Shown: positions 47,417-55,604 of the stretch, one piece after another
How positions within the stretch are numbered: position 1 is the stretch's first letter
Layout: each line of letters opens with the position of its first letter
Assembly: GCA_963795165.1 (NCBI GenBank)
Contig: CAWCGT010000002.1
Coordinates: 94,565 to 158,564, forward strand
DNA: 64,000 bases
Source: an uncultured Microthrixaceae bacterium
GTDB taxonomy: Bacteria; Actinomycetota; Acidimicrobiia; Acidimicrobiales; VFJN01
Direction: 5' to 3'
Program-made: the position numbers and the translations under genes
Notes under the pieces: model-generated
What the model was told of the DNA's origin: nothing
Databases searched by the model: none
The model's input: the letters and a program-made list of their open reading frames with translations, nothing else

Positions 47417-47897
47417 TCAGCGCCTCGAACGGCGGCGGCGGACCTCGTCGTCGGCTCCGGGTCCGGGTTCGGCCACCACCTCGTGCGCTCCGGGAGCGCC
47501 GCCGCACTCCCCACAGCGGGTCGTTACCCGCACCGCGCCGCCGCACGACGCGTGCTCGAGAAGGATCGGGGGGCCCTTCGGGGCTGACCAACGATCGCCC
47601 CACTGGGTCAGCGCCATCACGACCACGCCCAGCTCTCGACCCTTCTCGGTGAGGACGTACTCCTGGCCGGTCGCGCTCGTCCACGGCCCGTTGCTCCATC
47701 AGCCCGGCGGCGACGAACCCTTCGAGGCGCTTGGCCAACACGTTCGGCGCGATGCCGAGGCCGCGCTCGAACTCCGAGAAGCGGGTCATGCCAGCGAAGA
47801 CCGCGTTGCGGATGATCAGCAGGCTCCAGCGCTCGCCGACGAGCTCGAGCGCCCTCGCCGCCGAGCAGTTCTCCCGTTCGTACAGGTGGCCGAGCAC
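47417..47897 (-). CDS. HxlR family winged-helix regulator (one frameshift)
   Basis: CSAARALELVGERWSLLIIR, RFSEF, LAKRL, ALTQWGDRW. Confidence 0.9.
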
Positions 47898-47920
47898 CCG
47901 TGCAGTCTACCGCAACCCTA

Positions 47921-47967
47921 CTTGCGTCATGCTAGTTGCTCTTCTACGATCGCTTGCATGACGCAAG
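47921..47967. promoter_or_regulatory. Paired operator (12-bp inverted repeat) in divergent promoter
   Basis: CTTGCGTCATGC(47921-32)-N23-GCATGACGCAAG(47956-67); each site approximates CTTGC-N5-GCAAG; -10-like TACGAT at 47945. Confidence 0.65.
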
Positions 47968-48703
47968 CCCAGCCCGTCCACGACCACGCCACCGCCAGCC
48001 GAGAGGAGTGGCTCGACGCTCGACTCCAGCTGCTCGAGGCGGAGAAGCAGCTGACCCGTCAGAGCGACGACGTCGCCCGCGAGCGACGCCAGCGCTGCCC
48101 TGGGTTCGGGTCGACGAGCCCTACGTCGTTCGACACCGAGCAGGGGGAGGCCACACTCGCTCGACCTGTTCGACGGCCGGTCCCAGCTCATCGTGTACCA
48201 CTTCATGTTCGCTCCGGACTGGGACGAGGGTTGCCCAGCTGCTCGGGAGTCGCCGACGGGTTCGACCAGACCCACCTCCACCTCCAGAACCACGACGTGG
48301 CCTTCACCGCCGTCTCGCGCGCCCCGCTCGACAAGCTGCTCGCCTACCGCGAACGCATGGGGTGGAGCTTTCCCTGGGCGTCGTCGGGGCGGAGCAGCTT
48401 CAACTTCGACTTCAACGTGTCGTTCACGAGCCGAGTCGGTCGCCACGGGACAGCAGTCCTACAACTTCCGGCCGCTCGAGGGCTGGCAGCTCGAGCCCGC
48501 CAACCTGCCCTTCGAGGGACCCGGGCTGAGCGCGTTCGCGCATGCAGGACGGCGACGTCTTTCACACCTACTCGGCCTACGCCCGAGGCCTCGATGCACT
48601 GTGGAACATGTGGCAGTGGCTCGATCGTGCGCCGCTCGGGCGCAACGAGGGGGACCTGTCCTGGTTCCGTCGCCACGACACCTACGGCACCGATGCCTCC
48701 TGA
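47958..48703 (+). CDS. DUF899 thioredoxin-like protein (frameshifted)
   Basis: EEWLDARLQLLEAEK, LFDGRSQLIVYHFMF, GCP(S)CS, VSRAPL, FHTYSAYARG, WFRRHD. Confidence 0.88.
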
Positions 48704-48809
48704 CAGCTCGCCACCGTGCGGACCAGTCAGGTGTGCCGGTCACGGCAGGCCCGGTACCCTGAGACACCCCCGGGAGATCCGGGGGGAGATCCTTGACACA
48801 CCCTTTCCA

Positions 48810-49197
48810 GGGGCTGATCGGTTTCGACGTTGAGACTGCTCGGCGATCCGTGCGACCGGAGTTGCTCAGACTCCTAAAACGGGGCACCCAAACAACTGCC
48901 AACGAGCAGTACGCCCTCGCCGCCTAGTTCACGCTAGGTAGTAGAGAGCATCCGTGACCGGTGACGGCACACGGGGCCTGGCCACTGCAGCCCGGCAACA
49001 GAAGCAGTGGCGGACCGTAGGGAGAGACCACTGACGGCGGGAAAGACCGCTGGCTTCGAGGAAAGACTCGGCGGCGAGCACCCTCGCGTGCTCCTCCGAC
49101 CCGGCGGTGCGCCAGCCGAAGTGGCGTGATCTCGGGAATGGTCGTAGCGCGTACGTCGACCGCTTGGCGGACGAGGGTTCGATTCCCTCCAGCTCCA
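48810..49197 (+). ncRNA. ssrA: tmRNA; tag (A)NEQYALAA*
   Basis: 5' GGGGCTGATCGGTTTCGAC, resume codon GCC at 48898 reading ANEQYALAA-TAG, 3' GAGGGTTCGATTCCCTCCAGCTCCA. Confidence 0.96.
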
Positions 49198-49411
49198 CTC
49201 ACTGACTGACTGCCTGAGGGGGGTTCGCGAAATTGCGGGCACTCCTCCGAAGCTCCAGATCCCCGGTGCTGGTTGAGACGACCTCATTGGTGCGATCGTC
49301 TCCCGGATCGAGTCCGGCACCTCAGATGCGTGCTCCGCCAGGTGGCGGATGTCACGGCAAGGTTCGTCGCTCGGCGCGACGATTGCGCGACGGTTCAATC
49401 GTTGGAGAGTC

Positions 49412-49931
49412 GTGGAAGCGAGCGGGACCCTGCCAGGTGCCAGAGTCGACACGCCGGAACGGTTCGCTGCGTTCTATCGGACGCACCTGCCCGACGTGTA
49501 TGGCTACGTCCTCCGTCTGTGCGCTGGTGACCGGGCACAGGCGGAGGACCTCACTCAGGATGTGTGGCTCGCGCTCGTAGAGGAGCTGCGGCGCGGCCGC
49601 GCTGGAGCGCGCTGACGTCAGATGGCTGATCACCGTCGCACGCTCCCGGTTCATCGATGCAGCTCGACGGGAGCGCCGGCGCCAGTCGAAGCTGGCGCTC
49701 GTCCGTCGGGAGCAGTTCAGCGACGACGATCCCACCAGTGGCGACGTGCTCGATCAGCTTGACCAGCTCCAACCCCTCCACCGGGCCGTGCTGGTGCTCC
49801 GCTACGTGGATGGCTTGTCAGTGCCCGAGGTGGCCGCCGCGATCGGCCGCAAGCTGACTCCGACGAACTCACTCCTCGCGCGCGCTCGCGCCGAGCTGCG
49901 CCGATTGTCTGGAGACGACACCGATGGTTGA
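49412..49931 (+). CDS. ECF RNA polymerase sigma factor (one frameshift)
   Basis: FYRTHLPDVYGYV, AEDLTQDVW, WLITVARSR, VLVLRYVDGLSVPEVA...SLLARAR. Confidence 0.85.
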
Positions 49932-51195
49932 TCCGCCGACCTACCGAGCCGAGCCCGGTCCTGCGTTCGCAGATCGCCTCGAGCGGGTGCTGCTGCAACG
50001 GCTCACCGCCGAGCCGGCGGGAATGAGGTTCAGCCGGGACGTCGTCCGGAGCGATGAGCCAGGCCGCCCCGACGCCGATCTCGACCTTCGAGAGGGAGCC
50101 ACCATCATGCTGGAAACTGAAGACCGCCTCACAGAACAGGGGGCCCCCAGCCGTCGCGCGCGTGGCCGCTGGCTCCTGGCCGCTGCCGCGGTTGCCGTGG
50201 TGGTCGTCGCCTTCGCCGCGGTCGAGCGGAACGGCGACGAGCTCGACGCTACCGATGGCTTCCCGAACCTGACATCGACCTTCGTATCGCCGAGAAACGG
50301 CTTCTCGATCAAGCTCCCCGACGGCGCCGTGGTCACACCGGCCACGCCCGGCGTCGAGGACGGCTTCGACGTCGTGGACACCGGGTTGGCCGCCGTCTTC
50401 AAGGGCATGTCCACAGAGTTCTTGGACGAGGTCATGATCGATGAGGGAGGCAGGACCGTTCAATCAGACGAACGGATCGACGGGTACCTGTCCGACGACG
50501 GCGCCTTCCCGGACGGCTGCGGTGTTCCTCGCAGCCAGCAGCCAGAGATCACCATCGACGGGCAGACGGGCAGGATCGTAGAGTGTCCGAACCGAATCGA
50601 GGCGACCGTCCTCGCCGGCGGGAAGCTCTACGTCTTCGCCCTGTCGCACGACCGCAGTGACGCCAGAGCCCTCTTCGACGCCTTCGTCGCCTCCATCGAC
50701 CTGACCCCGGAGACCGCGGTCCACTTCCCGGCGATGACGACGGCCTTCGTCTCGGCGACCAACGGCTTCTCCTTCAAGTATCTCGCCAGGGGAGGCCTCG
50801 CCCCAGCCACCGAGCTCTGGGATCCCGTCATCGATCCACCCACTGACACCTCCGGCGCGGACGACGGCCCATTCGATGGCGTGGAGACCGGGTACGGCGC
50901 CTACTTCAAGGCCGCGTCGACAGGGATCCCGGACGGGGTCGCGATCGATGCATGGGTTGACGAGCACGTCTCACCTGGCGGCTGCAGTGTGCCTCGCAGC
51001 CAGCAGGAAGAGATCAGCATCGATGGCCAGGCGGGCAGGATCGCGGAGTGCTCGCACCGAGTCGACGCGACGGTCGTCGCCGGCGGGCGCCTCTACTTCT
51101 TCATCCTGCTCCACAACCGCAGTGACGCCAGGGCCTTCTTCGACGCCTGGGTCGCCACAATCGACCTGACACCGGAGACCGCAGCGGAGCCCTAG
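49924..51195 (+). CDS. Single-pass membrane protein with two repeated extracytoplasmic domains (putative anti-sigma factor)
   Basis: Overlaps sigma stop; RWLLAAAAVAVVVV TM; two ~150-aa repeats ending IDLTPETA. Confidence 0.75.
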   Translation: MVDPPTYRAEPGPAFADRLERVLLQRLTAEPAGMRFSRDVVRSDEPGRPDADLDLREGATIMLETEDRLTEQGAPSRRARGRWLLAAAAVAVVVVAFAAVERNGDELDATDGFPNLTSTFVSPRNGFSIKLPDGAVVTPATPGVEDGFDVVDTGLAAVFKGMSTEFLDEVMIDEGGRTVQSDERIDGYLSDDGAFPDGCGVPRSQQPEITIDGQTGRIVECPNRIEATVLAGGKLYVFALSHDRSDARALFDAFVASIDLTPETAVHFPAMTTAFVSATNGFSFKYLARGGLAPATELWDPVIDPPTDTSGADDGPFDGVETGYGAYFKAASTGIPDGVAIDAWVDEHVSPGGCSVPRSQQEEISIDGQAGRIAECSHRVDATVVAGGRLYFFILLHNRSDARAFFDAWVATIDLTPETAAEP

Positions 51196-51315
51196 ACGCG
51201 GCCGAGCAGGACCGCGAGGAGTGGAACCGTCGACCTTGTGGCCCACGTCCATGACACCGACCACACCGAATGGCCTCGCCCCACTGAACCACGAGCCATC
51301 AGAAAAGGAGCCCCA

Positions 51316-51822
51316 ATGAACAACAGGTTGGCAGCCCCGGTCGCCAGAGCAGCGACAGCCCTCCTCCTGCTCGGAGCGTGCAGCGACGACGGAAGAACGA
51401 CCAACGACGATGGTCCGACGACCCTCGCCAAGGGCGATGTGAGGTTCGTCGGAAGCACAGGCCTTGGTGGCCAGACGATGGACATCACCGCCGTGGAACA
51501 GGACGGCCAGGTGACCGGCGAGGCCCGTTTCAGCTTCGGGCTCATCCTCGACCTGCAGTGTGCGGACACTGACACCGACGATCTCGTGATCCTCGGCGGC
51601 GTGGCGACCGCGGAAGACGGTGACTCCGCCACCGCAGGCGACCGGGTGGCGGTGATCATCCGGGAAGGTGACCCCGACAGCGCACTCGTCTGGTACGAGC
51701 TTCCGCTGCCGGAGGGCGAGGTGGCCGCAGGATCCTGCGGAGAGTTCGTTGGCTCCCTTCCCCACGATCGATTCACCGGGCTTGCCGACATCGCCGAAGG
51801 TGACGACATCGAGACCGGCTGA
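51316..51822 (+). CDS. Putative lipoprotein
   Basis: AAGGAG RBS, lipobox LLGAC. Confidence 0.75.
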   Translation: MNNRLAAPVARAATALLLLGACSDDGRTTNDDGPTTLAKGDVRFVGSTGLGGQTMDITAVEQDGQVTGEARFSFGLILDLQCADTDTDDLVILGGVATAEDGDSATAGDRVAVIIREGDPDSALVWYELPLPEGEVAAGSCGEFVGSLPHDRFTGLADIAEGDDIETG

Positions 51823-52109
51823 AGGGCCACCCTCCGCTGCCTGAACGTGTGCATGCAGGACCTCGGTGCAGAGAGACGGGCACAGCCATGCGGGCCGACA
51901 CGGTCCGCGCTCAGTGGGCGTTGAGCTGGTGCCGGGTGTCCACTCCGGGCGGGAACCACCAGTGTGATGAGACCCACCGTCAACCTGTGACCGCCCCACC
52001 CAGGGACGCAGCGTCGACCCATGTCAGCCCGGCTTCGCGAACCTCCCACGCCCGCATGCAGGCAGAGGTGACGAAGTGAGGGACACTGGGCGAGGAGACG
52101 GAGGCGCCC

Positions 52110-52505
52110 ATGTCTGGAATCGCAGTCATCACCGAAGCGTGCATCGACACCAAAGACCGGGCGTGCGTCGACGTCTGCCCCGTGCAATGCATCTACGAGT
52201 TCGATCCCGCCAAGAACGTGCTCTTCTCCGAAGAGGAGGCCGGTAGCGGCGTCACGGAGAACACGCACCAGCCCAATCCCGATGCGATCGCCATCTTTGG
52301 TGACACGACGCTCTACGTGAACATGGACGAGTGCACGTCCTGCACCGCCTGCTATCAGCCCGACGTCTGCCCGGTCGGGGCGATCTACACGGAGGAGTCC
52401 GTCCCCGACGGGCAGACGAAGACTACGTACAACAAGGAAGACCCGAACAAGGGCCACGACCACACGTTCTTCATCCAGCACAGCCGGGATGTCTTCGCCG
52501 ACTGA
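52110..52505 (+). CDS. Ferredoxin, FdxA-like with insertion
   Basis: CIDTKDRACVDVCPVQCIY and CTSCTACYQPDVCPVGAIY; GGAGG RBS. Confidence 0.9.
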   Translation: MSGIAVITEACIDTKDRACVDVCPVQCIYEFDPAKNVLFSEEEAGSGVTENTHQPNPDAIAIFGDTTLYVNMDECTSCTACYQPDVCPVGAIYTEESVPDGQTKTTYNKEDPNKGHDHTFFIQHSRDVFAD

Positions 52506-52533
52506 TCGCAGCGGCATGTCTGCCGATGTGTGA

Positions 52534-52572
52534 CGCGAGCCGCAGGCTTCCGGTCGGAATGCGACGCCCATC
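52534..52572 (+). repeat. 39-bp intergenic direct repeat, copy 1
   Basis: CGCGAGCCGCAGGCTTCCGGTCGGAATGCGACGCCCATC; 36/39 identical to 53559-53597. Confidence 0.85.
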
Positions 52573-52607
52573 CGTATCGCATGTCCGGCAATCGGAGCGG
52601 GGCGCGC

Positions 52608-52934
52608 CTACGGCGTAGGGCCACCCAACAGGTGGCGGCACGTGTCCGCAACCTCGGTGGCGTGAGGCAAGACCTGGATCTGCTCGACCGTGATCGTCTC
52701 GGGGTCATGCGACAGCCACACCTTCTGGTCATCTTCTGACAGCAGGTCCTCGGCGGCAGACGCAGTACACGCCAGAGCTTCGGGCGTCACGTTGAATCCG
52801 GCGGCCGCTTCCAGCCAAGCCCCTATGTCGGCCGGCTCGTTCTTCTTGTCGGAACAGCCAGTGGCGATCATCACACCGACAAGGAGGCTCAGGGAGACCC
52901 GACTGAACACAGTTCGCACGGCACGAGTCTGCAC
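52608..52934 (-). CDS. Putative lipoprotein
   Basis: Hydrophobic signal with lipobox ATGC; start uncertain. Confidence 0.65.
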   Translation of the reverse strand: MQTRAVRTVFSRVSLSLLVGVMIATGCSDKKNEPADIGAWLEAAAGFNVTPEALACTASAAEDLLSEDDQKVWLSHDPETITVEQIQVLPHATEVADTCRHLLGGPTP

Positions 52935-53114
52935 TCTGGACGAGCGCGGTCTTCTCAGACTGTGTTGAGCACACTGAGGTGCCGTTATGGGACGTGGGAA
53001 TACCTGCCGGAGTGCATCCGTCAGTCACCCATTGCGCGACGAAGTCGTTCGGTGAGGCTGCAGGATCGCATTGGGCCCACACGGGGTCCTCCACTGGTGC
53101 CTAGCCTTCGACAG

Positions 53115-53486
53115 ATGCATCGTTCTCGCATCGGATTGATTCTCATCGACCACCCCGAGGCCGACTGGGCCGCCGGTCTGGCCTTTTGGGCCGGCGTGCA
53201 AGGGGTAGAGCCCACGGGGGAGGCGACGTACCGGTCCCTGGGCACAGCTGGCGGCGTGGCAGTCGAATCCCAGCGCCTGGGAGACGGGACACCCGCCCGC
53301 ATCCACCTCGACATCGAGACCGACGACATCGGAGCAGAGGTGGCCCGGGTTACGGCGCTGGGGGCAACCGTCCTGGCGACGCACGACAGCTACACAATCC
53401 TCCAGGATCCCGCGGGCCTCGTGTTCTGTGTCGTGGGCATCCAGACCGGCGACGACTTCGCCCGCCACGCGAGGACCTGGGACTGA
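53115..53486 (+). CDS. VOC/glyoxalase family protein
   Basis: AFWAGV, RIHLDIETDD, QDPAGLVFCVV. Confidence 0.9.
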   Translation: MHRSRIGLILIDHPEADWAAGLAFWAGVQGVEPTGEATYRSLGTAGGVAVESQRLGDGTPARIHLDIETDDIGAEVARVTALGATVLATHDSYTILQDPAGLVFCVVGIQTGDDFARHARTWD

Positions 53487-53558
53487 GACGTAGCGCCACC
53501 GGTCGACGTTCCCTCTGATGGCACACGTCCGGGCGTGACCCATTACTGCCGTGGTGCC

Positions 53559-53597
53559 CGCGATCCGCAGGCTTCCGGTCGGAGTGCGACGCCCGTC
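53559..53597 (+). repeat. 39-bp intergenic direct repeat, copy 2
   Basis: CGCGATCCGCAGGCTTCCGGTCGGAGTGCGACGCCCGTC. Confidence 0.85.
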
Positions 53598-53599
53598 GC

Positions 53600-53872
53600 G
53601 TGGAGCATGCGGGGTTTCGGAGCAGCGGGCCGTACTCGTGCCAAGTGGCACCAGCCTCCTCTGGCTCGTCAAGCATCTGACGAACGCGGAGCTGCTGTGG
53701 GTCGGGAGGCGGTTCGCTGAAAGGGACACTCGAGCAGCCCTGCCGGGACGCCGGAGCTGAGACCATGGTCGACCTCCGCTGGGTGCTCACGCATCTTCTT
53801 GAGGAGACCGCTCGTCATGCAGGGCATGCGGACATCCTGCGCGAGCTCCTGGATGGATCGACGGGTAGGTGA
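53600..53872 (+). pseudogene. DinB/DUF664 family remnant (5'-truncated, internally deleted)
   Basis: [21 protein letters not shown], then in another frame [32 protein letters not shown]. Confidence 0.8.
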
Positions 53873-53939
53873 ACGATCCATCCCCGGGTGCTGCCCTGTT
53901 TCGGTGCCTGCCCAGTGGCTCCGCCGGGGCCGTGACATC

Positions 53940-54527
53940 ATGATCGTCGTGCTCGAGGACCGGCAGGGTGAACAGCTTCCGCAGACCGGTCGACGCCGCT
54001 GGCTCTGGGCGGCCGCCGCCGTCATCGTCGTCGTGGGAGCGGTGGTCCTCTTCTGGTTCCAGCCGCACAAGCTCTTCATCGACGACCGCGTAGAGGAGTC
54101 GATCCCCACCGTCACGTCGCCGCCCACGAGCGGCCCTGGCGTGGACCCCGCCCCGTCCACCCCCACCACCGGGGCCGTGCTCGAGCCGGTTGAGCTGTCC
54201 CGGGGCGAGTTCGTGTCGAGGGACCACGGCACCAGCGGCGTCGCCCGCGTGCTCGAGCTCGCCGACGGACGCCGGATCCTTCGTCTCGAGGGCCTCGACA
54301 CCGACAACGGTCCCGATCTGTACGTGTACCTCACCGCCAGCCCCGCCGACGGCGACGAGGGCGCCTTCGATGACGACCACCTCGACCTCGGCCGCCTGAA
54401 GGGGAACCAGGGCGACCAGAACTACGACATCCCGTCCAGCGCCGATCTGGATGCGTTCCCCACCGTCGTCATCTGGTGCGACCGCTTCGACTCCGCCTTC
54501 GGGGCGGCCGACCTCCTGGCGGCGTAG
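53940..54527 (+). CDS. DM13 domain membrane-anchored protein
   Basis: WFQPHKLFID, DNGPDLYVYL, LGRLKGNQGDQNY, VIWCDRF. Confidence 0.9.
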   Translation: MIVVLEDRQGEQLPQTGRRRWLWAAAAVIVVVGAVVLFWFQPHKLFIDDRVEESIPTVTSPPTSGPGVDPAPSTPTTGAVLEPVELSRGEFVSRDHGTSGVARVLELADGRRILRLEGLDTDNGPDLYVYLTASPADGDEGAFDDDHLDLGRLKGNQGDQNYDIPSSADLDAFPTVVIWCDRFDSAFGAADLLAA

Positions 54528-54567
54528 CGACGGAGCTGGGCACAGACCCCGCTATCGTTGGGGGCAC

Positions 54568-54653
54568 CACATCAAGAGCGACCGGAGGGGCCTGGCCCTG
54601 TGATGGTCCCGCAACCGGCCGTTGGGCACGGTGCGAACGCCAGGTTCGATGAG
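54568..54653 (+). promoter_or_regulatory. SAM riboswitch (SAM-I superfamily, P4-less)
   Basis: ATCAAGAG...GGAGGG.CCTGGCCC.GTGA...GCAACC...GGTGC.AA.GCCAGG...GATG; P1 CATC/GATG; pseudoknot CCTGGC(54591-96)/GCCAGG(54639-44). Confidence 0.85.
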
Positions 54654-54662
54654 GAGGACCCG

Positions 54663-55025
54663 GTGCCCAACCACCGTCGTGCTGCCCAGCCCCCTGCCCG
54701 GTCGCGCGAGCAGGCCACGTCCCTGTGGACCGTCGACAAGCTCCGAGCCGTCCGGTCGGGCGGCTGGACCTCCGCTCGAGCGTCCTTCGAGGCCGCCCGA
54801 AGGGTGGCTCTCGCCATTGCGGATGCACCGACCCACCCCGGCCACGAGCCGGTCTTCGTCGGGATGGGAGGCGACGCGGAACACGGGCGCGTGCTCGCCG
54901 TCGACTGCGCGTGCGGACGGCAGTGGTACGGCCCGACGCACGATGTCCAGCTGGCGTGGATCGACCACCGACAGGACGTCCAGCGCGGGCACAGAGCCCC
55001 GGAGGACCCGGCCCCCACCTCGTGA
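54663..55025 (+). CDS. Hypothetical 120-aa protein with HxxH...CxC...H motif, downstream of SAM riboswitch
   Basis: GAGGAGG RBS at 54651-57, GTG at 54663; THPGHEP...VDCACGRQW...WIDH. Confidence 0.7.
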   Translation: MPNHRRAAQPPARSREQATSLWTVDKLRAVRSGGWTSARASFEAARRVALAIADAPTHPGHEPVFVGMGGDAEHGRVLAVDCACGRQWYGPTHDVQLAWIDHRQDVQRGHRAPEDPAPTS

Positions 55026-55134
55026 GCCCGTAGGGAGTGCTCGGGACACGTAGGCGGCCCCGTCGCTAGTCTGGGCCGACTGGGACTTCGGGTGCCCTGG
55101 GGTGGCCCGGACGGGACAGATCGGTAGGCGACCG

Positions 55135-55587
55135 ATGACGACAACGACGTTGGGACGACCGCCGGCCGATGCCCGCCCGGACGCACCGCCAGCTCCGGCG
55201 CGGCGCCGGGGCGACCGACGGGGCCACGAGCGAACGGTCCTCCGCGCCCGGCGGGAGGACCGGCTGACCTCGAGCTACGTGTGGCTGCGGGCGCGTCGGC
55301 GATGGTTGGCGGCCATCGTGATCGTGACGTCGGTGCTCGACCTCGTGCTCACGCAGACCATCCTCGCCCACGCGCAGGCCCTTCACGGGGTGGAGGCAGC
55401 CGAGGCCAACCCGATGATGTCCGACCTCGTGATGACCTGGTGGGCGTGGCCCATCAGAGTGGGGATCCCCATGCTGATCGTGGCGCGGGGGCTGCGGCTC
55501 GGTCGTTACGCCGTGCTGGCGGCCGCCACCGGGGTGTATGGCGCAGTCGTGATCTGGAACACCTACACGCTCTGGGTGGTGAGCTGA
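55135..55587 (+). CDS. DUF5658-like membrane protein
   Basis: LDLVLT...EANPMM, three hydrophobic segments ending VIWN. Confidence 0.7.
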   Translation: MTTTTLGRPPADARPDAPPAPARRRGDRRGHERTVLRARREDRLTSSYVWLRARRRWLAAIVIVTSVLDLVLTQTILAHAQALHGVEAAEANPMMSDLVMTWWAWPIRVGIPMLIVARGLRLGRYAVLAAATGVYGAVVIWNTYTLWVVS

Positions 55588-55604
55588 CCCCTACGGCTCG
55601 GGGC

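Noticed and set aside
51830-52109. Long leader upstream of the ferredoxin as a possible riboswitch
   Set aside because: I could not find cobalamin, TPP, FMN, glycine or c-di-GMP consensus motifs; an Rfam scan would be needed.
54557-54567. GTTGGGGGCAC matching the REP-like arm just upstream of the SAM riboswitch
   Set aside because: Single 11-bp G-rich match with no partner arm 25 nt downstream; likely chance.
54558-54662. ORF-track N-terminal extension of the 54558-55025 ORF
   Set aside because: This stretch is the riboswitch aptamer; the strong RBS points to GTG 54663 as the start.
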